Part shown: piece after piece, positions 55,631 to 64,000 of the stretch
Position numbering within the stretch: the first letter of the stretch is position 1
Layout: every line of letters starts with the position of its first letter
NCBI GenBank assembly: GCA_963816355.1
Contig: CAWFKH010000005.1
Span: 32,001 to 96,000 of the forward strand
Source of the DNA: an uncultured Gemmatimonadales bacterium
GTDB lineage: Bacteria; Gemmatimonadota; Gemmatimonadetes; Longimicrobiales; RSA9
Direction: 5' to 3'
DNA length: 64,000 nucleotides
Notes under the pieces: generated by a model
Told to the model about the DNA's origin: nothing
What the model saw: the letters and a program-made list of their open reading frames with translations, nothing else
Databases searched by the model: none
Made by a program: the position numbers and the translations under genes

Positions 55631-57473
55631 TCAGCCGCCGATGTCGGTGCGAATCGGCGTCGGGCGGCCGTTCAGCTCGCGCGTGTTGTTGCTGGGGTCG
55701 ACGTCGAGGAGGTCGTGGTCCGGATCGAGCGTGACGAGGTGCGGCGGGTCTGGGGTGACGACGTCGATCGACTGGCGGATGTCGTGGGAATCCAGAATGG
55801 CGCCGGACGTCGTTGACCTGGAGGGTGACCGGCATCCACGCGCCGCCCTGGCGCAGGACCTCGACGCGGGTGAGCCAGCGGCCGTCGGGGAGGTGGACGA
55901 TGACGGCGTCGCCGATGCCGTAGTCGAGTTGCGCGGTGGTGTGCAGCCATTCGTGGAAGAACCAGCCGAGGTCCTGACCGCTCGCGCGCTCCATCGCGTG
56001 TCGCAGGTCCTCCTCCTCGACGTGGCGGAACCGGTTGTCGAGGGAGTAGCGGAGCAGGCCCTTGCGGAAGGCGTCCTCGCCGATCAACTGGCGCAGCATG
56101 TAGAGGACGACGGACCCTTTCGTGTACGACATCGCGTTGTAGGTCGAGAAGTCCACGAAGTCGGCGGCAGGCGTGTCGACCGGCTGAGTCCGCCCGGCGG
56201 CCTCGCGCTCCGCGAGATCACGAAGCGACCGCAGCCAGATGTCCGGGCGGTCGTGCTCCTCCCAGAACCAGTTGGTGAGGAAGCTCGCGAAGCCTTCGTC
56301 GAGCCACGCTTCCTTCCACTCGTTGCTGGCCAGGATCCCCATCATCCACTGGTGCGCGAACTCGTGGGTGATGGTGCCCTGTGACGCCCCGCCGTTCATG
56401 ACCAGCATCGGGAATTCGGTCGCGCCTCGCTCGATGCGGTGGACGTTGGTGATCTGCGGGTACGGGTAGGGGCCGAGCACGCCCTGCAGCCAATCCAGCG
56501 CCGTGCGCGACCGGTCAAGCGCCTTCCCGCCCGCCCACGAGGTGTCGCCCGGCTGGTAGAGGACGTGGATCAGGATGCTGCCGGAGCCGCCGGGCCCCGT
56601 CCGCGCGGCGGTGCCCGCCTCGTAGATGTAGGCGGGGTCCGCGCTCCACGCGAAGTGGTGCACGTCCTCCGCGCGCCAACGCACGCGCTTGCGGCCGTCC
56701 GCCGCGGAGCTCGCGAGCAGGCCGAGCGATTCGGGCTCGGGCGCGGGATAGGCGTCCGCCGCCTCGGCCACGGTGTCGCCCGCGGGGTCGGCGACGGCGG
56801 CCGCCGCCCAGCCGGGATCGCCATTGGCCGGAACGCCGGTGGCGCCGATCACCTGATCGGCGGCGACGTCGAGCGTCACGTCCCAGCTCGCGAACTCGCC
56901 GTAGAACTCACCCTGCGGCAGGAGCGGATGCCATTCCCATCCGTGGCGGTCGTAGGCGGCAATGCGGGGATACCACTGCGCGAAGTCGTAATGGCGGCCG
57001 CGCCGGCCCTGGCGGCGCGGCACGACCGACGGCCGCGCGTCCCAGTCCATGTCGACCACCACGCTGTCGCCCGGCTCGAGCGGCGACGGCAGCGGGATGG
57101 CGGCGACGGTCGAGTCCGGCGACAGCGGATAGACCGGCTCGATGCGCTGGCCCGCGACGGCGACGCGGGTGAAGCGCTCGTAGCCCCACTCGCCGGGGCC
57201 GAGGTTCTGGAAGCGGAATTCGCCGAACTCCGCCTCCCGCTTCGCCCACAGGCTGTTGGGGCGGAAGGCGTTCAGGTACTGGTGGACGTAGAGGGTGTCG
57301 AGCGCGACGGGCGCGTGGTTCGCATAGCGCAGGCGGGCGCGGCCGTGCAGCACCTGAGCGGAGTCGTCGAGCCTCGCCTCGATGCGGTAGGAGACGCCCT
57401 GGCGGAAGGCGGTCGTGTCCGGTGCCGCGGCACGGAGACCCGCCGCCGCGAGCACCGCCAGCAGCAGCGTCAT
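55631..57473 (-). CDS. Secreted M1-family aminopeptidase with a +1 frameshift near 55800
   Basis: AQWYP, VHHFAW, YPYP, GATEFP, THEFAHQW...WLDEG, YTKG; C-terminal VTLDPDHDLLDVDPSNN lies in another frame ending at 55631. Confidence 0.85.
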
Positions 57474-58573
57474 CCGACGCCGCCCCCGTGGCTCCCCGCG
57501 CCGCCGCCGGCCGTGGTGTCCGCCGGCTCCACCGGCTTCCCGATCAGCGGCGGCGGCGAAACGCGCGCGCGCAGAAGGCGACCGTTCACGCGGATCGTCT
57601 TGCTGGCGGAGGCAGCCGCGGCGGCGACGGGGCCGGCCGCGTCGTCGGTCACCGGAATCGCGCCGGCCGCGACTGCGGCGCCGACGAGCGGCGGCTCGTC
57701 GGAGCGCGCGGCGAGGATGCGCTCGGCGGCGGCGCCGTAGACGTAGCGGCCGGCGCCGTCGACCGCGGTGGCCGGAAGGCGGTGCGTCGTTTCGAAGGCG
57801 AGATAGCCGTTTCGCAGGTTGGTCCAGAAGGCACGCAGCGCCGGATCCGGATACTCCCGGCGGAGCCACTCCATGCCGCGCCGGTCGAGGCGGGTCGGGA
57901 AGATGTCGACCGGGATCGAGCGCTGACCCGCGGCGCGCGCCTCCACCGCGAGCCAGTAGATCTCCTCGATCTGCGCATCCGTCATCGGAACGCAGCCGAT
58001 CGTCTTGCAGCCGCCGTGGATGAAGATGTCACCGCCGGTCGGCGCGCCGCCGCTGCGCACGAGGTCGGCGCGGTTCGGATAGTCGATGCCGAGCGAGAGA
58101 TGGTACTCGCTCGTCGGGTTGAAATAGGAGATGTGGTAGAAGCCCTCCGGCACCTGGTAGTCGCCGCGGCGTCGCTTCGGTCCCATCTCGCCGGAGAGGA
58201 CGCACATCGGGTAGCGCCGGAAGAGCGTGAAACGATCGCTGCCGGTGGGGCGAACCCACACCTCGACCTCCCGCTCCCGCTTGAACACACGCAGGAAGAC
58301 GCCCGCGGGTGGATACGGGATTCCGCGCTCGCGGAACGCGGCGATCAGCGGACCGCGCCGCGCGGCCATCGCCTCGCGCACGCGCCGATACGCCAGCTGC
58401 CGCTCCATGAAGCCGGGCGACGGCGCGACGGAGCGCGCGAACGACGACGGCGCCGGGTCCCGCGCCGACGAGGGCCCCTGCGCCGCGGCCGGCGCGGGCC
58501 TCACGAGCAGGAAGAACGACAGGAGCAGGAACGACAAGCGTACGAGGCGCGGCGGTATGGGCTCGACGGTCAT
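57470..58573 (-). CDS. L,D-transpeptidase-family protein (YafK/DpaA-like)
   Basis: LRVFKRE...EVW, GPKRRRGDYQVPEGFY, YHLSLGIDYPN, IFIHGGCKTIGC, FWTNL. Confidence 0.88.
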   Translation of the reverse strand: MTVEPIPPRLVRLSFLLLSFFLLVRPAPAAAQGPSSARDPAPSSFARSVAPSPGFMERQLAYRRVREAMAARRGPLIAAFRERGIPYPPAGVFLRVFKREREVEVWVRPTGSDRFTLFRRYPMCVLSGEMGPKRRRGDYQVPEGFYHISYFNPTSEYHLSLGIDYPNRADLVRSGGAPTGGDIFIHGGCKTIGCVPMTDAQIEEIYWLAVEARAAGQRSIPVDIFPTRLDRRGMEWLRREYPDPALRAFWTNLRNGYLAFETTHRLPATAVDGAGRYVYGAAAERILAARSDEPPLVGAAVAAGAIPVTDDAAGPVAAAAASASKTIRVNGRLLRARVSPPPLIGKPVEPADTTAGGGAGSHGGGVG

Positions 58574-59031
58574 GGTTCTCCGTTCGGACTTCGTCGGCCG
58601 GGCGCCGCCGGGCGCCGCACCGCGGCCAGGTCGAACTGTCGGGCAGATACACTGAATGGCTACCCACGGTTCGCCGCCGCGTCAAGCGAGGTGGCCGCAA
58701 CGTTCCGGCGCCCCCGTGCGTTCGCGAGAGCGCCGGCCGACCCGTCCGGCGCCACTCCCGCCGCGAGACCGCCGTGTCAGCATCCACGTTCTCGCACCAT
58801 CCCGGCTGCGGCCTCGCGGGCGGTCGCGGCCCCGGTTCGACGGGCCGACAGGTCGGGCTCCGGATCACACTCGGTCCCGGGATGCGAGCGGCCCGTGAGC
58901 GACAGGGGCCCTGCCGGCCTCGGGTGGCGTCGCGCGCCGCGCGCACGTGCCCGGTACGCCGCGGGCGGTGGCGCGGGGCCGCCGGACCCGATGGGCCGCG
59001 GATGCGGCCACGGCGGCCGAACGGAGCGGGG

Positions 59032-59061
59032 TTGACGGGGCGCCGCGGGCGCCGCTACGCT
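59032..59061 (+). promoter_or_regulatory. Sigma70-type promoter for the three-paralogue operon
   Basis: TTGACG-N18-TACGCT. Confidence 0.5.
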
Positions 59062-59091
59062 CGACTCACACCCCCACGCGGAGAAGCACGC

Positions 59092-59943
59092 ATGCAACGC
59101 CGCACCGCCACGCCCGGCCGTCCATCGCTGCGTGCCCGCGCGATTCGGCCAGCCTGCGTCGCGCTCACGCGGGCCGCGGCCGCGACGGCCGCGGCGTTCC
59201 TGGCCTCGGCGTTCCTCGCCGCCGGAGCCGTGCCCGCGGCGGCGCAAGGGGTGAGGGGGATCGTCATCGACGCCGCGACGGAGCAGCCGGTCGACGGCGC
59301 CGACGTCGTGCTGCTCGACACGCTCGGCAACCGGATCAACGCCGTGAGCAGCGACACCACCGGCCGTTTCCTGCTCCTGATCACCGCGTCCGGCCGCTAC
59401 CAGTTGCGCGCCTCGCGGATCGGCTACAAGGACTCGATGAGTCGGCCGATCTACCTCGATCGGCACGAGTTGCTGCCGGTGGAGCTGCGGCTCTCGACGG
59501 AAGCGATCGAGATCGCACCGCTGACGGTGACGGCGAACACCACGATGTTCGACCGCGACATGGCGGGATTCCGCAGGCGCGCGCGGGAGGACGGCTTCGG
59601 CTATTTCATGACCCCGGAGCAGCTGAAGGGCATGCACCTGCCCCGCGCCTCGAGCTATCTGGCGCGAGCGCCGGGGATCCGCATCAGGTACGGGCAGGGC
59701 GGTCGCGCTCTCATCCTGCTCTCGCACGCCGGCCGGACGTGTTCGCCGAACCTCGTCATCGATGGGTTGCCTTACGCGGTGGACGGGTCACTTTCCATCG
59801 ACGACCTGCTCCGCCCGGACGAAGTCCACGCGGTCGAGGTGTACGGCCGAGTGGAGGACGTGCCGCCGCACTTCCTCGGCTTCCGGCCGAACTGCGGCGC
59901 CGTCGTGGTGTGGACCAACAGAGGGCAAGGATGGAACCGGTGA
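59092..59943 (+). CDS. Carboxypeptidase-regulatory-like domain + TonB plug-like domain protein (no barrel), copy 1
   Basis: Signal peptide; GIVID..PV.GA.V, SRIGY, C.PNLVIDG, AVEVY, CGAVVVWT. Confidence 0.8.
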   Translation: MQRRTATPGRPSLRARAIRPACVALTRAAAATAAAFLASAFLAAGAVPAAAQGVRGIVIDAATEQPVDGADVVLLDTLGNRINAVSSDTTGRFLLLITASGRYQLRASRIGYKDSMSRPIYLDRHELLPVELRLSTEAIEIAPLTVTANTTMFDRDMAGFRRRAREDGFGYFMTPEQLKGMHLPRASSYLARAPGIRIRYGQGGRALILLSHAGRTCSPNLVIDGLPYAVDGSLSIDDLLRPDEVHAVEVYGRVEDVPPHFLGFRPNCGAVVVWTNRGQGWNR

Positions 59944-60764
59944 TGCCGATCTCGAATGACCGCGCGCTGACACCGTTCGCCGCGGGGCTCGCGCTGCTCA
60001 CGCTCCTCGGCGCCGCGACGCCGGCGGCCGCCCAGATGATCGGCGGCCACGTCCGGGAAGCGGGATCGAGCGCTCCCATCGCGGGAGCGGAAGTCGCGCT
60101 CCTCGATACGCTGGACCAGGCCGTGGCGACGACCGAGTCGGACGAGACCGGCTACTTCATCCTGGACGCGAAGGTGGCGGGCGTGTACCGGCTGCGGGCC
60201 ACCCGCATCGGGTACACGTCGGTAACGGCGCCGCCGGTCCACCTCCTGGAGAACCGCTACGCGTCGGTCGAACTGCGACTGGCCACGGACGCGGTCCCGA
60301 TCTCGCCGCTCACCGTCATCGCGCGGCCGGGCGCTTTCGAGCGCGACATGGCGGGCTTCCACATGCGCATGCGCGAGGGCTTCGGCCACTTCATCACGCC
60401 GGAGGAGATCAAACGGCACCATCAGGCCCTCGCCACGAGCTACGTGGGCGCGACGCCCGGCGTCGTCGTGCTGCACGCGCACGGGCGCGGGATCGTCACC
60501 ATGCGCGGACAGGGCACGACGCGATGCCTGCCGATCATCCTCCTCGACGGCGCCCCGATTCCGCTGGACAACCAGCGTTCGCTCGACGACCTGATTCCCG
60601 CGGGCGATGTCTACGCGATCGAGGTCTACAACAATCCGAGGCAGGTGCCGCAGTGGGTGGGCAGCTACATGACACGGGTCGGCGAAGGATCCCGCACGAT
60701 GACGACCGGGTGCGGCGCCATCCTGGTGTGGACCGACCGGCGGCCGCAGGCGGAGAAGCCGTGA
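59943..60764 (+). CDS. Carboxypeptidase-regulatory-like domain + TonB plug-like domain protein, copy 2
   Basis: Same layout: TRIGY, GFGHFIT, CLPIILLDG, AIEVY, CGAILVWT. Confidence 0.8.
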   Translation: MPISNDRALTPFAAGLALLTLLGAATPAAAQMIGGHVREAGSSAPIAGAEVALLDTLDQAVATTESDETGYFILDAKVAGVYRLRATRIGYTSVTAPPVHLLENRYASVELRLATDAVPISPLTVIARPGAFERDMAGFHMRMREGFGHFITPEEIKRHHQALATSYVGATPGVVVLHAHGRGIVTMRGQGTTRCLPIILLDGAPIPLDNQRSLDDLIPAGDVYAIEVYNNPRQVPQWVGSYMTRVGEGSRTMTTGCGAILVWTDRRPQAEKP

Positions 60765-60789
60765 TGGAGAGACCCGCGGCCCGGTCGAG

Positions 60790-61599
60790 GTGAGGGAGCC
60801 GGTGCTCCGAGCGGTTCGACACGGGCACGGGACCGCGCTCGCGCTCGTCGGCGGATCGATCCTGGCCGCGGCGCTCCTCGGCGGCACGGCGGCGGCGGCT
60901 TCGGCGCAGGTCGTGTCCGGACGCGTGATCGACGCGTCGTCGGGTGAGGGAGTGGCGACGGCGGGCGTGGTGCTGCTCGATTCGCTGTCGCAGCCCGTCG
61001 CCGCGGCCACGGCCGACAGCGTAGGCGGCTTCGTGCTCGAGGCGCCGGCGGCCGGGGCCTACCGGTTGCGCGCCTCCCGCATCGGCTACAAGGAGGTCAC
61101 GACGAAGCCGGTCGATCTGGCGGACGACCAGTTTCTATCGGTGGAGCTGCGCCTCTCCACCGAGGCCGTGCTGATCGACGCGCTCACCGTCAACGTCCGG
61201 CGCACGCGCTTCGATCGCGACATCGCCGGCTTCAGTGCGCGGAAGAGGGAGGGCTTCGGGCATTTCGTCACGCCCAATGTGATCCAGCGGCTGCACCTCT
61301 CGCGGGCGTCGAACTACGTGCAGCGGGTGTCGGGAGTCCACGTTCGTTACGGCAGCGGCGGCCGTTCGATCGTCACGTTGACCCACCTGGACATCACCTG
61401 CGTCCCGAACCTGATGATCGACGGCACGCCGGCGCAGCTCGATGAATCGATGTCGATCGACGATTACGTGCAGCCCCAGGAAGTCTACGCGATCGAGGTG
61501 TACACCAATCCGAGGCACGTACCGCACTGGGTCTCCGGCTTCCATCCGGGCTGCGGCGCGATCGTCATCTGGACCAACCGCGGGCGCCGGACGCGATAG
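60790..61599 (+). CDS. Carboxypeptidase-regulatory-like domain + TonB plug-like domain protein, copy 3
   Basis: Same layout: SRIGY, GFGHFVT, CVPNLMIDG, AIEVY, CGAIVIWT. Confidence 0.8.
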   Translation: MREPVLRAVRHGHGTALALVGGSILAAALLGGTAAAASAQVVSGRVIDASSGEGVATAGVVLLDSLSQPVAAATADSVGGFVLEAPAAGAYRLRASRIGYKEVTTKPVDLADDQFLSVELRLSTEAVLIDALTVNVRRTRFDRDIAGFSARKREGFGHFVTPNVIQRLHLSRASNYVQRVSGVHVRYGSGGRSIVTLTHLDITCVPNLMIDGTPAQLDESMSIDDYVQPQEVYAIEVYTNPRHVPHWVSGFHPGCGAIVIWTNRGRRTR

Positions 61600-61641
61600 G
61601 GCACGTCCCTCAGCCGGCCCGGCGGGCGGCGCCGCGGAGCT

Positions 61642-62607
61642 TCACGCCTCTTCGCCCAGGATCGCGGCCAACACCTTCAGGTCCACGTTCCCGCCGGACA
61701 CGACACACACGACCGGACCGTCCCCCATCTCCCGCGCGTGAGTCAGCGCCACCGCGAGCGGCGCGGCGCCCGCGCCCTCGGCCACCACCCGGGCGCGCTG
61801 CGCGAGCAGCCGCATCGCGGCCCGGATCTGCTCCAGCGAAGCGGTGCGCGCACCGGCGAGCAGGGCGCTCGCGAGAGGCCACATCTCCGCGAGCACGCTC
61901 TTGCCGCCGATGCCGTCGACGAAGCTGCGGCGGTGCTCGACCGCCTGCGGCGACCCGGCCGCCAGCGAAGCCCCGAGCGGCGCCGCCGTCTCCACCTCGC
62001 AGGCGAGCACGCGCGTGGCGGGCGAGCGGGCGAGCGCCGCCGCCGCGATGCCGCATGACAGTCCCCCGCCGCCGTAAGGCACCAGAATCGTCGCGGTCTC
62101 CGGCAGGTCGTCGAGGATCTCGGCGCCGATCGTCGCGTTGCCGGTGATGACCGCCTGATCGGAGACCGGGTGGACGAAGAGGCCCTCCATGCCGTCCGCC
62201 TCGTGACGCACCAGCACCTGCCACCACTCGTCGTACGGAACGGGGACGACGCGCCCGCCCAGCCGCTCGACCGCCTCCACCTTCGTGCGCGGCGCGCCGT
62301 CGGGAACGACGACGCTGCACGCCACGCCCAGCTCGCGCGCGCTCCACGCCACCCCCTGCGCCATGTTGCCCGCGCTCGCCGTGTACACGCCGCGCGAGAG
62401 ACGCCCGGCGCCCGCCTGCGCCAGCGCGTTGTAGGCGCCGCGCAGCTTGAAGGAGCCGATCGGCTGCAGGCACTCGAGCTTGAGCCAGACCTCGAGCGGC
62501 GACTCCGGATACTCGAGGCGCACGAGCGGCGTGCGCAGCGCGACGCCGCGCAGCCGGCCGCGCGCCGCGTCGATCTCGTCCCGCGTCGGCGGGCGCAGCT
62601 CAGTCAT
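61642..62607 (-). CDS. Threonine/serine dehydratase-family PLP enzyme (no regulatory domain)
   Basis: KLECLQPIGSFKLRGA, SAGNMAQG, PYGGGGL, EGAGA, VSGGNVD. Confidence 0.9.
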   Translation of the reverse strand: MTELRPPTRDEIDAARGRLRGVALRTPLVRLEYPESPLEVWLKLECLQPIGSFKLRGAYNALAQAGAGRLSRGVYTASAGNMAQGVAWSARELGVACSVVVPDGAPRTKVEAVERLGGRVVPVPYDEWWQVLVRHEADGMEGLFVHPVSDQAVITGNATIGAEILDDLPETATILVPYGGGGLSCGIAAAALARSPATRVLACEVETAAPLGASLAAGSPQAVEHRRSFVDGIGGKSVLAEMWPLASALLAGARTASLEQIRAAMRLLAQRARVVAEGAGAAPLAVALTHAREMGDGPVVCVVSGGNVDLKVLAAILGEEA

Positions 62608-63601
62608 GGCGGATTCCTCCGAGATCGACGCGCGGCACGGCCTCGTCGCCCCGCGCGTGCTCCCAGCAGAAGTGGGCCGCGGCCACGTCCTCGACGCCGA
62701 GGCCGAGGCCCTTGAAGAGCGTGATCTCCTCCGGCGAGCGGCGCCCCGGCAGCCGGCCCAGGAACAGCTCCCCGATCTCGCCGGCAATGTGGTCCTCGCC
62801 GATCGCGCCCTCGCCGCGCGCGATCAGGTACTCGCCCGCCTCGTTCTCCGCCGATTCCCGGCGATCGACCCAGAGCCGCGCGCGCGCGACCGCCTCCGCG
62901 TCCAGCTCGCGCGCACCCGGCTGACTGGCCCCGATCGCGTTGACGTGCGCCCCCGCGGCGAGCCACTCGCCCTCCACCACCGGGTCGCGGCTCGACGTGC
63001 ACGTGCAGACGATGTCGGCGCCCTCCACGGCGCTGCGCGCATCCGGCATCGCCTCGACGCGCACGTCCACGCGAGCGCTCGCGCGCTCGGCGAAGGCGCG
63101 CGCGTGCTCCGCCGTTCGGCTCCACACGCGGACGCGGCGCAGCGGCCGCACGCACGCCATCGCCTCGAGGTGCGTCGTCGCCTGTACGCCGCTGCCGAGC
63201 AGCGCGAGGTCCCCCGCGCCCGGGGTCGCCAGGGCGTCCGTCGCCGCGGCGGAGACGGCGGCCGTGCGGATGGCGGTGATCGAGCTGGCGTCGACGATCG
63301 CGGCGATGGTGCCGTGCACCCCCTCGAAGAGGAGGACCACGCCCTGGTGAGAGTCGTAGCGCGTGCCGGCGTTGCCGGGAAAGACGGAGATCGCCTTGAC
63401 GCCGAAGCTCGGCGGATCCGCGAGCGCGGCGGGCATCGTCGCGACGAGGCCGCGCCGGTCCGGCAGCCAGTGCACCGCGCGCAGCGGCTGCAGCGCCTCG
63501 CCGCGCGCGAGCGCCTCCAACGTGCGGCGCATGAGCGGGATGCAGTCGGCCATCGGCAGGTGCCGCGCGACGGCGTGCTCGTCGAGAAGGAGTACGGGCA
63601 T
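62600..63601 (-). CDS. Ornithine cyclodeaminase / mu-crystallin family protein
   Basis: MPA, GVKAISVFPGN, SHQG, ITAIRTAAVS, GSGVQA, HVNAIGA, FKGLGLGVED. Confidence 0.92.
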   Translation of the reverse strand: MPVLLLDEHAVARHLPMADCIPLMRRTLEALARGEALQPLRAVHWLPDRRGLVATMPAALADPPSFGVKAISVFPGNAGTRYDSHQGVVLLFEGVHGTIAAIVDASSITAIRTAAVSAAATDALATPGAGDLALLGSGVQATTHLEAMACVRPLRRVRVWSRTAEHARAFAERASARVDVRVEAMPDARSAVEGADIVCTCTSSRDPVVEGEWLAAGAHVNAIGASQPGARELDAEAVARARLWVDRRESAENEAGEYLIARGEGAIGEDHIAGEIGELFLGRLPGRRSPEEITLFKGLGLGVEDVAAAHFCWEHARGDEAVPRVDLGGIRHD

Positions 63602-63678
63602 GATCCGAAGGTGCGGAGGTCGAGGACGGAGCGGCGCGCACCGGCCCGGGCCGGTGTGGTGCCGCCAGTTACGCAGAA

Positions 63679-63752
63679 TGCGCCCGACAGGATTCGAACC
63701 TGTGACCTCGTGCTCCGGAGGCACGCGCTCTATCCAACTGAGCTACGGGCGC
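63679..63752 (-). tRNA. tRNA-Arg (anticodon CCG)
   Basis: GCGCCCGTAGCTCAGTTGGATAGAGCGCGTGCCT-CCG-GAGCACGAGGTCACAGGTTCGAATCCTGTCGGGCGCA; full cloverleaf; CCA not encoded. Confidence 0.97.
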
Positions 63753-63761
63753 GACGATGGA

Positions 63762-64000
63762 GGGGAAGCGAATAAGCCGAGTTCTGTCTCCGGCGTGGCC
63801 GGAGGGGATCATTTCTCTGGGACGACGATTGCTCGCCGCCTCCTGCGGCCTACCCGGGGCTCCGCAGCCTTTCGGCCGCAACGGCGCGGGCCGCGCCTCG
63901 CCCCCTGCTTGGCCTTGCTCCGGGTGGGGTTTGCCATGCCGTCCCGGTCACCCGGTCCGCGGTGGGCTCTTACCCCACCGTTTCACCCTTGCCTGTGCCC
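63762..64000 (-). ncRNA. rnpB: RNase P RNA (type A), 3' portion; truncated by the window edge
   Basis: Minus strand AAGGGTGAAACGGTGGGGTAAGAGCCCACC, GGCAAACCCCACCCGGAGCAAGGCCAA, AGAGAAATGAT, ACAGAACTCGGCTTA. Confidence 0.96.

Noticed and set aside
63602..63752. tRNA as an integration site for a prophage or island
   Set aside because: No integrase and no duplicated tRNA 3' end seen; the flanking genes are ordinary metabolic genes

Overview
Very GC-rich bacterial chromosomal window. Gene content and order (holA-SPOR-ANTAR, M16 pair, barrel-less plug proteins, DUF5916) suggest Gemmatimonadota; this is inference. Left to right: a DapF-like epimerase with both catalytic Cys replaced by Ser; a ~1.9-kb repeat-filled intergenic region; a DUF5916 protein; a complete minus-strand glycan-utilisation locus (LacI with operator, TonB-dependent receptor, GH144-like glucanase, ABC transporter, a large discoidin/(alpha/alpha)6 lipoprotein, GH1); a DUF3089 hydrolase; a RES-Xre toxin-antitoxin pair; an ECF42-type sigma factor; and a metH-yitJ operon behind a structured, terminator-containing leader that I cannot match to a canonical riboswitch. 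Next comes a mostly housekeeping stretch: recX, pepP, DksA-like, thrC, two ECF sigma/anti-sigma pairs, holA, NUDIX, M16 peptidases, apgM, aminotransferase, a response regulator with a Ser/Thr kinase, M1 peptidase and an L,D-transpeptidase-family protein. The window ends with three tandem TonB-plug-only paralogues, two amino-acid catabolic enzymes, tRNA-Arg(CCG) and the 3' part of RNase P RNA. Two single-base frameshifts are visible. I saw no CRISPR array, integrase or transposase. The best novelty candidates are the metH leader RNA, the unassigned glycosidase-like lipoprotein, the Ser/Ser DapF, the plug-only trio and the 2.3-2.9 kb repeat array. All family assignments come from motif recognition, not database searches.
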